Source: Pseudogymnoascus verrucosus
Taxonomy: Eukaryota
Reading direction: 5' to 3' (one strand)
Assembly (NCBI GenBank): GCA_001662655.1
Contig: KV460277.1
DNA: 20,000 bases
Shown: positions 10,834 through 20,000 of the stretch, piece by piece
Numbering within the stretch: position 1 is the stretch's first letter
Layout: each line of letters begins with the position of its first letter
Program-made: the position numbers and the translations under genes
The notes under the pieces: model-generated
What the model was told of the DNA's origin: nothing
Database searches by the model: none
What the model saw: only the letters and a program-made list of their open reading frames with translations

Positions 10834-12294
10834 CTACGAGTAAAACTGACTCTTCTGGAACCCCTCAATCCCCTCACCCCCAGCCATACCACTCATCCCA
10901 TTCCCCACACTACTCATCGTGCTCGTCCTCGACTCCGCTCCCTTCCCTGCCACCACAGCTCCCGCACCCGCCTTCCTCGCCTCCCCAAGGTACACACCCG
11001 GCAAGTACCCCACGCGCCCATCACGCGCACGACACCTCCACCACTCACTCGGCTGACCCAACGGATCACTCTTACTCAGCACAGCGACCAAATCGCCCTT
11101 CGAAACCGCCAAATCCACACCCTGCACCGCCGCGCCCGACTCAGGCTTAAAGTCATACAGCACACGGCAGTAATCCAACTGCGCGGGATCAAGCTGCGGA
11201 ACCGGCAGCGGCTGGCCGTCGGGTCCGAATTGGACGCCTTGGGCTTGGAGGCGAGCGCGCTCGGCGGCCTCGTTGGAGGCGGCGAGGGAGCGGATCAGTT
11301 TCCCCATTAGGTAGGGGAGGCCGAAGGCGGCGAGGAGGAAGACGAGGAAGGGCTTCTTGGAGAGCTTGGGGGGTTGGGAGGGGTGGCCGTCGGGGAGGGA
11401 GCGGCCTTCGAAGGAGGCGAATGCCGCGGGGGTGAGGGCTGTGGCGTCGGCGGGCGGGGGACGGCCGGTTACTTTGGCGATGAGGGTGCGGAACCAGCGG
11501 AGGATGGTGAAGATCCCGAGGATGGAGCCGAGGGTGTTGCGGAGGTTGCCGAATTGTTCGGCGACGGAGACCATGGCTGGGGGTGGTTAGAATGCGGGTT
11601 GTGGATGGAGGGTGAGGGGGGACTTACCAAAGAAGGAGGAGTGAGTTGCCATGTAGGTGCTCTCGAGCATCTGTGCGAAGCCGCCAAAGGCACCGACTAT
11701 GCTCTCGATGATCTGGAATGTAGCCTGTGTGCTCTGGCTGAAGCTGTGAGTGAGGCTATTCGGGTCGTTGGGGTCCATTCCCATCCCTCCCATGCCACCC
11801 ATACCGTAGCCGCCCATTCCTCCCATCCCGCCGTAGCCGCCCATTCCACCCATTCCGTATCCGCCCATACCACCACCGTACATTGAGGAGCCGTAGCCTC
11901 CCATGCCGCCCATTCCGCCCATACGGGAGTAGGGTGAGGAGTAAGATGACATGCCGCCCATGCCACCCATTCCGCCCATGGTGCTGCCGTATGGCGAGGC
12001 GCCGAGGCGGTTCTGTCCGTATGGAGAGTATGCCGATGCGTTCTGGTTAACCGTCGATGCGAGCGTCGACGGCCTTTGTGGGATTGCCGGTGCGGATGTG
12101 GTTAGTGCTGTTGATGTTGCCACTGCCGGTAATGACGGTGCAGACGACTGTGGCATCACTGAATGACAGTGTTAGCGGAGTCTCTTCAGGTGGCATAGCA
12201 GCCAAAGATTAAAGTGTCGGTCTTAAAACTTACCAGAAGTGGCCGCTCCAGCGCCCGCTCGCTCCCACGGCTTCGGTGGGCTTGCGCTTGCCAT
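10834..12294 (-). CDS. PEX13: Peroxin-13, peroxisomal docking SH3 protein, 444 aa; exons 12294-12234, 12158-11628, 11576-10834
   Basis: N-terminal MASASPPKPWE motif, YG/GGM-rich region, Peroxin-13_N segment STQATFQIIESIVGAFGGFAQMLESTYMATHSSFFAMVSVAEQFGNLR, C-terminal SH3 (CRVLYDF...WWRCRARDGRVGYLPGVYL). Introns 12233-12159 and 11627-11577 are both GTAAGT..CTAAC..CAG. Confidence 0.96.
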
Positions 12295-12695
12295 TGCCTC
12301 GCTTTCGTTTGATGCCGCGGCTTACGCCTTGATCGCGCTTATAGCTGCTTTGCGTGTATACCCGTTAGATCTACGGCTCAGTGTCGTCGAGCAGTAATCT
12401 ATGGTGTATATCGCGATGTCGTGATGTGGCAAGCCGGATGATTCAAATAATATTCTGCTGACGTTCGGTGATGGCCGTGTTTTGCGGGGAAGATGCCTAG
12501 TGTACCAAGTATTCAGATGCGCCGGTCTTCGGTCTCCTTCGTTTACTTGCAAGACGCTCGCTGTGTGAGTATCTGTCGCTTCAACGTCGCTGTCGTAATC
12601 GCCGCTGCTGCTGGAGTAGTTAATACAAGAGAAATGAAGTTCGGAGGCGTGGATGAAGACGAGATCACCGGCGTAATGATGAAAAGATCCAAGTT

Positions 12696-12885
12696 CCTCG
12701 GGATTCGCCCGCGGTAGAACGTGTTTGGGGTCTTAGTCATCTCCCATGTGGTTAGCCTGGCAAACAGGCCGAGGTCTGTTTGCAATTGTGGGGGATCCCC
12801 AACCAAAAGTTGGAGATCCACGTGACTAGTGAATCCACCGAGCCGAAGTATAAAAGCGTAAAGGGGCTGATCTACTACACGTGAC
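12696..12885. promoter_or_regulatory. Motif cluster in the PEX13/GST divergent promoter: two CCTCGG/CCGAGG (FarA/FarB-type) and two CACGTGAC (Cbf1/bHLH-type)
   Basis: CCTCGG 12696-12701, CCGAGG 12769-12774, CACGTGAC 12819-12826 and 12878-12885. CCTCGG is the known Aspergillus FarA/FarB element upstream of peroxisome and fatty-acid genes. Short motifs can occur by chance. Confidence 0.4.
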
Positions 12886-13416
12886 AGCACAAGCTGTCTG
12901 TGGTTCATTATCACATTTATCATGGCTTGAATGAAGAAAAAAAGGTACAGTAGCCTTGCAGAAAGCTTTAATCCACAGCTTTTGGTGGTTGAAATAGTCA
13001 GATGTGTAAATCACCGGGATTATGGGCTGGTCTGAAGGCTTCAAAACCGGCGGTTCAGGTGTTTTTTGTTCATTTACAGTTCAATGTTGGTGGCAGCTCA
13101 CTAACAAGACTGTAGTGCTATCGGCATTCCCGCTGAAACCGATCCGATGCCGTGTCCGATGGGATGCTGTTATGGTGTGTAAGATTATCAATGTTCCTCC
13201 GGGCCTGGACTCAGCCGATGACAAATCTCCACATATGGATGTGATACAGGTAACGTGTTGAATCCTACATCCCCAGTAGAGGTATTAAGATATAACTTCG
13301 TAAGTTTCCTGTATTACAGACTGCATTTTATACTGCTGTCTTCAGTAAGTAGAGTAACTATACATTATCTACCCCAAACAAACCTTACACCCATTCATTA
13401 TATAACAACCGCCCAA

Positions 13417-14058
13417 ATGGCACCAATCAAGTTGTGGTACTCGTCCGGAGCATGCTCGCTGGCACCTCACATTCTCCTGAACGAGGCAGGCATTGAATTC
13501 GAGTCAGTGAAACTAGACGTCCATGCTGGATACCCCGAAGAATTCCGCCACATCAATCCCAAGATGAAAGTCCCGGTCCTATTGATTGATGGCCAAACCA
13601 TCACAGAGAATCCTGCCATCATGACGGCAATATCGCAGCTCGTCCCAGACAAGCACCTCCTAGGCAAAACCAATCTGGAGATTGTCCGGGCGTACGAATG
13701 GATGAACTGGATCTCGGGCGTAGTTCATGGTCAAGCTTTCGGTGGTCTCTTCAGACCTCATCGATATTCGGACGATACCACGACTTATCCGTCTATCAAA
13801 GCCAGGGCGATCCTGACTGTTCAGGAGTGTTTTGCTACTATCGACCAAGATTTGTCCAGTGAGCATGCTGTTGGCTCGGATTTTACGGCTGTGGATGCGT
13901 ACTTGTACGTCTTTCATCGCTGGGGGTCGTCGTTGGGGATTGATATGAAGGGGAAGTATCCTAAATATACTGGCTTGGTTGTCAATTTGGCAAAGCGCGA
14001 GTCGGTGCAGGCTGCACTGAAGGCCGAAGGAATAGAATCTCATGTCCCTCTGGCATGA
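13417..14058 (+). CDS. Glutathione S-transferase, beta-class-like, 213 aa, intronless
   Basis: True start is ATG 13417 (cccaaATGg). IKLWYSSGACSLAPHILLNEAG, INPKMKVPVL, TENPAI, EWMNWISGVVHG, VGSDFTAVDAYLYVFHRW and RESVQAALKAEG match the GST N and C domains of the bacterial beta class. Confidence 0.93.
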   Translation: MAPIKLWYSSGACSLAPHILLNEAGIEFESVKLDVHAGYPEEFRHINPKMKVPVLLIDGQTITENPAIMTAISQLVPDKHLLGKTNLEIVRAYEWMNWISGVVHGQAFGGLFRPHRYSDDTTTYPSIKARAILTVQECFATIDQDLSSEHAVGSDFTAVDAYLYVFHRWGSSLGIDMKGKYPKYTGLVVNLAKRESVQAALKAEGIESHVPLA

Positions 14059-14208
14059 GTAGCAGATGATATTACCTCTAGCATGAGCGGAGATGATATC
14101 TCTATAGATTGGTGTCCATTATAATGCACATCAATTCCATTACTAAGCAAATGAAACAACACAACTATCACTAAAGTCCATCGCCCAATGTCCGTCCACG
14201 GTACGATA

Positions 14209-15984
14209 TTAAAAATACGGCGACTTCGTGATGCTGTAAAGCGAATTATAGTAGGGACATCTCGCATCGACATGTGGCTCATCAATGAGCGTAAAGCCGG
14301 TTCCCCCATCACATCCAAAGCAAGCAAGACCAGCACCATTCTCATCAACCCTATCCCATCCTGGGCCCTCTCCCCAGGGATCCTTAACGAAGCCCGCCCA
14401 GGCCTTCTGTATCGTCTTACTCAGCCCCACTTCAACAAGAGTGGCATTTTCTTTTGGGTAAGTTCCCCAGATAAGCCCGAGATCTGCGGTGTGGAACGAA
14501 CCAAACTTAGGATAGGTATTGGGGTCATCATTCAGATAGATGTTTGGGAAGGAAATATTATGGTAGTATCTCCAGGCTGGGAGGCCGCTCTGGGCTGTGG
14601 CTTGAGCGACGAGCTTAGCTGGCTATAAGTGACTCAATTAGCTGGTGCTTCAAAGCGCTGGAACTGATATACTTACACACTGATACACAAGCTCGGTGTA
14701 TGATTGCGCTGCGGCATAGAACAGAGAAAGACCATCTGTATCCATAATAGAATGCACAAGAGAGCTGAACAAGCCGTTCAATGCTGGGTCCCCTCCAGTC
14801 ATTGTGCTCAGAAGATACATCATCTGCTCCTCCGTGAAGTTTGGAATATCCAGATTGTAAGTACGGGCGAGCGTCGTCCCCTCCTGAGCCGAAGTTCCAA
14901 TATACACCGGAACCTGCGCGGCATTTCCAGCCGCCCGGTTGGCAAGATATGGCAGCTCAACCTGCGTCACTCCGTCGGTAACAGCAGTCTAGTCGAGATC
15001 ACCACTGGTCACTATATTGCGAATAGCCAGGGCGTCAACACGCTGCATGCAAGCTAGCTCCACTTTCGATGAGGTGCCATTGCAGCCCAGAACTGAGACC
15101 AACGCTGCCCATGATGCTGGGCCGGAGTCTCGTGGAATGCCGCTGACTGTGGCTTGACCACTTGACGCTGACGCTGCTCGAAATGGTGCGATGAGGGGAG
15201 GACCAAAGGTGTCGACCAGCCGATCGACTGAGGATGCACCGGACGATTCGCCTCCGATGGTCACTTTCTTTGGATCGCCGTTAAATGCGTGGATGTTCTT
15301 CTGCACCCATTGAAGAGCCAGTCGCTGATCGAGGAAGCCGGGGTTGGACTCGGTGAGAGGAAGGGCTGGAGAGCTTGGGAAGCCGAATACTGCAGGGGTC
15401 GAGTTAAAATGCAAGTCTGCAGAATTGATATGAGGGTTGATATACCGTTTACTCGATAATTAATAGTCACAACTACAATATTTTGGTTAGTAGCAAAGCT
15501 AGTGCCATCAAACATTGCTCTTCCAGAGTTCCCGTCTTGCAGGTTGCCTCCATAAATCCAGAACAACACAGGTAGCTTTTTTCCAGAGCACTCAGCAGGC
15601 GTGTAGACGTTTAGAAAGAGACAGTCTTCGCTCTCATCGGAAACAACGGTCTCCGCTGCGGTAGGTTAGCTTATCTATCACTGGACGGCAGAATGCTTAG
15701 GACAGACCTTCATTTCGCTGATGGCAATGTTTCCCCCATTGATTTGCATTGAAGGTGTGCTTTGCAAAGCGTTTGAGGGGTTTGGGAGGCAGAAATCGCC
15801 TTGAACCCACAGGGGGTTCAGCGTAAGGGATTCCGAGGAACTTGTTGACGGTTACCGTCGAGGACGGTAGAGAGGTAGTCACGCCGACAACAGTTCCAGC
15901 ATCGACAACAGCGGTTGGCTGACGCGGATGACTTGCTGCTGCCAGGCCAAGCAGGAACGAGGCAAGGTAAATCGCAGATCTCAT
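14209..15984 (-). pseudogene. Secreted type-B carboxylesterase/lipase with one in-frame nonsense codon (TAG 14991-14989, codon 296 of 537); exons 15984-15708, 15655-15446, 15389-14677, 14622-14209
   Basis: Signal peptide MRSAIYLASFLLGLAAA. Motifs FLGIPYAEPPVG, SEDCLFLNVYTP, PVLFWIYGG, NYRVNVFGFP, nucleophile elbow GESSG, GTSAQEG and GSFHTAD. Introns 15707-15656, 15445-15390 and 14676-14623 join in frame. The frame continues unchanged after the stop (GDLD*TAVTDGVTQ). Confidence 0.85.
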
Positions 15985-16080
15985 CTTGAAGTTTAGCTTG
16001 GTCTTCAGATGAATTAAAACCCGTGGGAATTAGCCTTCCAAGTTCTTACAGGATTAGCAATTTCTCATTCCAAACGCATC

Positions 16081-16088
16081 TATTTATA
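16081..16088 (-). promoter_or_regulatory. Putative TATA box (TATAAATA) of the carboxylesterase at 15984
   Basis: tatttata on the + strand reads TATAAATA on the - strand, ~100 nt upstream of the ATG. Confidence 0.45.
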
Positions 16089-16741
16089 CCCAGTGAAGCT
16101 TTCTAGCTATCCCCGCATCATTTTCTAATTATCGATTATTCTTTAGCCGTGAATCCTTCACAATATATAAAGTACTGACGCAAGTAAGACGGAACGGAGA
16201 AATGAAATAATATGCGGGAGATGCAGGGTCGTGGCGGGAGGATGCTCCGCATCTCCGAATAACTTCGTGAATTACTGAGATATCTCTAGCCCCCACAGCG
16301 ACAACGGCTGGTCTAATATCAGACATCCTAGCAAAGCCATATGGCAGCTGCTTGGCAGGGGCCAAAATGCGGGATGGGGCTGAAAGTCGTGGCAGAGAGG
16401 GAGGGGAAGGAGGTTCGAGAAGCAATCTGTTTACCACACCCTGCTTAGCATGTATGTTATACAGTACAAATTTATATGACAGCCGCAATTGTTGCTGGCA
16501 CCAGCGCCTAAAAAATAGTATTCTCACATTGAGAGTCTGACAATAGTTAAGCGCCCTGCGCTATGTCGCCAAACAGTTAGTTAGATAGAGCGCGGCTCTG
16601 AATACGAACCTCCACGCATTTATAAGCCCTCCGCCAAATCCGACTCGCGACCTCATATTACCCAAAGCGCCTTTATGAGGCTTTACCCAAAAATCGCCCA
16701 CCTAAACGCCCACGTAGTTAGGCTTCAGTCTTCCGTATCAA

Positions 16742-17371
16742 ATGGATCAAATAGAAACCCCCCGCCTGTTGCTCACGCAGCTCACAGAGGATAACCTAGA
16801 CGACTTCCACGCCATCTGGTCGAGTCCAGAGGCCACCCGATGGAGGTGCGTATGCATGGGATAAGACAGGTGCCACTCAAACACACCGTAGCTGATCCCT
16901 CCCAGCTCCCGCGGATGCCTCAAAACAATTGAAGAAAGCAAAGAGCAGATGAAAGGCCTCCTAGTCTCCAACAACCCCCACGGCTTAAACTACGCCGTCT
17001 TCCTCCGCCCTACCTCCACCGCCCCCAGCCCAACCACCCGCATGATCGGCATCGTAGGCGTCTTCCGCCTCACCCCCATTGTCGAGCTAGGGTACACCTT
17101 CCACCCGTCATTCTGGGGCAAGGGCTACGCTACAGAGTCTGTGGGGGCTTTTGTAAGTCGCTTTTGGGAACTGCGCCCGACGATCCGGATTATGACCGCG
17201 AAGACGGATACGGAGAATTGGGAGAGTAGGAGGGTGCTGGGGAAGTGCGGGTTTAAGGAAGTAGGGCAAGAGGAGGGGATCGTGTTGCCGGCGCTTGGGG
17301 TGGGGAGGAGGGAGGCGGTGGTTTTTGAGGTGTGTGCTCCTCGGGCAGAGGCTACGCTACAGAATCCGTAG
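16742..17371 (+). CDS. GNAT N-acetyltransferase, RimJ/RimL (Acetyltransf_3) family, 189 aa; exons 16742-16845, 16906-17371
   Basis: MDQIETPRLLLTQLTEDNLDDFHAIWSSPEATRWS N-terminus. Intron 16846-16905 (GTGCGT..GCTGAT..CAG) joins in frame. Acetyl-CoA motif ELGYTFHPSFWGKGYATE and ENWESRRVLGKCGF. Confidence 0.9.
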
Positions 17372-17546
17372 ATGCGTTGCGTTCATAAAGCGGTTTTGGG
17401 AATTGCGGCCTACGATAAGGATGATGACGGCGAAGATGGATACGGAGAATTGGGGGGGGGGGGGGGGGAGGGCGTTGGGGAAGTGTGGGTTTAGGGAGGG
17501 GAAGAGGAACTCGGTGGGTTTTGAGGTGTGTGTTCCAGAAGCTTAA
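17350..17546 (+). pseudogene. Degenerate tandem copy of the 3' half of the GNAT gene (counterpart of ~17123-17345)
   Basis: ggctacgctacaga at both 17123 and 17350. Translates as GYATESVDA/FIKRFWELRPTIRMMTAKMDTENW(G)5RALGKCGFRE..VGFEVCVPEA*, with a 5-nt duplication frameshift (gcgttgcgtt), a G17 run (17452-17468) and an internal deletion. Confidence 0.9.
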
Positions 17547-18027
17547 GCTTACATTTAAAAATGGGAATTTGAGGCCGGTTCCTTCGTATGCGATTTGCAA
17601 ATATACTACAGCGAAGCTTTGGCCCGTACCCCGCAAAGTCGTTCTCAGCGGTGTAAGAAAGTGGATTCGGCCGTGCGGAGCTCATTTATAGCCTTAACTG
17701 TCTGTCTGCACCTTAAACGGCTCGGGATATCAACAACCGACGTAACCATTCGCGATAATGATCATCCAGCAAACCCATGGTGGTTTGATGGAGCTATTCG
17801 TGGAGTTATTCCCACTGGTCGAATTCTTAATTTCCCCATAAACTTTTACCCCGCGAAAATTAAACTTACTTTCCCCGTAAAGTATATCCCCGCTATGGGG
17901 GAAGGGGGAACGTAAATATGAAAGATCGTTAAATCTATCAAGGCATCCCCAAAGCTTGGGATTTTTGGTTAATTCTCAGACTGTATTTCCCGGTTCTAGG
18001 GATTTATTCGATTGGAAGAAAGAAGTC

Positions 18028-19782
18028 ATGGCACGCCTTACCCCCCTCGCGATTTTCTCCGCCCTCTCATTTCTCATCCCCTGGACCCAAGCAATCCAAC
18101 TCACAGCCTCCCTAGAATACGGCACATTCCAAGGCTCCTACTCACCAGAGTACAACATAAGTTACTATCGAAAAATCCCCTACGCCGCCCCCCCCGTCGG
18201 CGAAAACAGGTTCAGAGCACCGCAACCCCCGATCCCAATTACCAATGGCATATACGACTCCGATCAGAGCTTTGACATGTGTCCGCAGCGGACTGTGAGC
18301 CCCCCCCCCCCAACTCTGTGTCATCTACCTCAACTAATGAAACCCGCAGGTCAACGGCTCAGAAGACTGCCTCTACCTAGGCCTCTACTCCCGCCCCTGG
18401 ACGCCCTCGCAACCCCTCCGCCCCGTAGTAGTCGTCTACTACGGCGGGGCCTTCATCCAAGGCAGCGCCTCCTTTACCATTCCCCCCTCTGCCTACCCCG
18501 TCCTCAACGTGTCAGAATCCAATAATATCATCTTCGTCTACCCCAATTACCGGGTCAACACATTTGGCTTCCTCCCCGGCCGCGAGATCGCCGCCTCAAA
18601 GACTTCGGATCTCAACCCCGGCCTCCTGGACCAGCAAGCAGCGCTGATTTGGACTCATAAGTATATTAAGCAATTTGGCGGGGATCCGAAGAATGTCAGT
18701 ATTTGGGGACAGTCAGCTGGAGGTGGAAGCGTGGTGGCGCAGGTTATTGCGAATGGAGGCAAAACCCACCCCCCTCTCTTCACCAAAGCCCTGGCATCCT
18801 CGCCGTTCTGGCCAAAGGCGTATAAATACAACGAACCAGAAGCGCAGGCTCTTTACGATACGATGGCGAAACTCACCGGGTGCGAGGGGAAGAACTCCTT
18901 AGCTTGTCTTAAAGCCGTTGATGTCCAGACCCTCCGAGATGCATCGTTGATCGTCTCGAGCAGCCACCAGTATAACACCAGTTCCAACACTTGGGCCCCC
19001 GTCATCGACGGAAAATTCCTAACTCAGTCGCTAACCGACGCTACGAGGAAGGGGGAGGTGAATATCGATTTTGGGTTCTCGATGTACAACTCTCATGAGG
19101 GGGAGAACTTCATCCCCCCCGGACTCAAAAGCACAGCCAACGCCGGCACACCCCCCTTCAACTCGTCAACCGCCTCCTTCGATGTCTGGCTCGGCGGTTT
19201 CCTGCCTAGGTTTTCAAAACATGGTATTCAGCGCGTTAAAACCTTGTACCCGGAAGTTGGATCCACAGAGACGATTTCGAGTTACAACACCACCTACGAG
19301 AGGGCGCAGCTCATCTACCGCGACGTCGTTCTCGCCTGTCCCGCCTACTGGACGGCTGGTGCAGCGCATAAGAAGAGTTATGTGGGGGAGTATACGATTT
19401 CCCCCGCCAAGCACGCAAGTGATACCATCTACGTGCGTAACACCCCCCCTTTTCCCCCATTTCCCACCGTCTCCCTGATTCTTGTTGTGCTACCACTTCG
19501 GGAAAACCTATTGACGAAGAGCAGTGGAACCAAGTAAACGCGATCCAAAAATCCGATCCGCTGATCTACGAAGGCTACGCCGGAGCTTTCGCCAGTTTCT
19601 TCCAGACGGGGGATCCGAACGCGCATAAACTCACCAATGCGAGCCAGCCAGGCGTCCCAGAGTATAGGTCGACGGGGAAGGAGTTTGTGGTTGCCGAGGG
19701 GGGGTTTCAGAATGTGAAGATACGGGCGCTGAGGGAACGATGCGAGTTCTGGAGGGATTCGGCGAAGGATGTGCCGTTTTGA
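18028..19782 (+). CDS. Secreted type-B carboxylesterase/lipase, 535 aa, intact; exons 18028-18294, 18350-19432, 19525-19782
   Basis: Signal peptide MARLTPLAIFSALSFLIPWTQA. Motifs IPYAAPPVGENRFRAP, GSEDCLYL, YYGGAF, NYRVNTFGFL, GLLDQ, FGGDP, GQSAG (Ser), NSHEGE (Glu) and AKHASD (His). Introns 18295-18349 and 19433-19524 join in frame. TGA at 19780-19782. Confidence 0.93.
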
Positions 19783-19882
19783 GATGCTAGGGGGTCCCTC
19801 GTGAGCAGAGATGAAGCTGGAATAACGTAAACGAATTAGCCTTAAGTAAATATCGAGGAGTGGGTAAACATATACGTCGTTG

Positions 19883-19946
19883 CATCTATCATAATCTCAT
19901 CTATCATCATCTATCCCCCCCCCTCCCCCCCCCCCCCCCCCCCCCC
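19883..19946. repeat. Low-complexity tract: three CATCTATC units followed by an interrupted poly-C run of ~30 nt
   Basis: catctatc..catctatc..catctatc then cccccccc t cccc...c, directly visible downstream of the esterase stop codon. Confidence 0.8.
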
Positions 19947-20000
19947 TTAACCCGTAGCGCCATGCGGTAAATATACCTATCATCACACCCCTCCGTTTTT

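Noticed and set aside
11780..11985. Repetitive GGM/GGY-coding sequence
   Set aside because: Normal YG/GM-rich N-terminal region of fungal Pex13, not an independent repeat array or CRISPR.
12322..13261. Several 70-126 aa ORFs between PEX13 and the GST
   Set aside because: No motifs, no consistent splice model, mutually overlapping on both strands; read as promoter/UTR.
13255..13416. 54-aa upstream extension of the GST ORF
   Set aside because: TTG start in AT-rich promoter/UTR sequence; GST homology begins at ATG 13417.
16129..16540. ORFs in the esterase/GNAT divergent intergenic region
   Set aside because: Random-looking peptides with no support; the region is better explained as a bidirectional promoter.
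1..20000. Prokaryotic-type systems, tRNA/rRNA genes, transposons
   Set aside because: The sequence is clearly spliced fungal DNA. I saw no cloverleaf, rRNA-like segment, repeat-spacer array, LTR/TIR, or RT/transposase motif by eye; tRNAscan/Infernal were not run.

Overview
Gene-dense eukaryotic DNA from a filamentous ascomycete, judged by short (50-92 nt) GT-AG introns with CTAAC/CTGAC branch sites. The strong C-rich-5'/G-rich-3' gene polarity suggests a Leotiomycete such as Pseudogymnoascus, but this is inference only. I reconstructed nine spliced gene models by hand: an RCO-3-like glucose transporter/sensor (-), a 732-aa orphan protein with a degenerate F-box and LRR-like segments (+), a 4-TM MARVEL-like membrane protein (+), a J-domain (DnaJ) protein with low-complexity flanks (+), PEX13 (-), an intronless bacterial beta-class-like glutathione S-transferase (+), a secreted type-B carboxylesterase broken by one in-frame TAG (-), a RimJ/RimL GNAT acetyltransferase followed by a diverged tandem copy of its own 3' half (+), and a second, intact secreted carboxylesterase (+). 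I saw no RNA genes, CRISPR arrays or intact mobile elements. I cannot support a wholly new biological system from sequence alone. The best leads are: the 13.4-19.8 kb GST/esterase/GNAT/esterase block (possible detoxification neighbourhood showing gene turnover); the GNAT duplicate that diverged mostly at synonymous sites; the possibly horizontally acquired GST; a 30-codon uORF in the rco-3 leader; and the systematic intragenic C-to-G skew.
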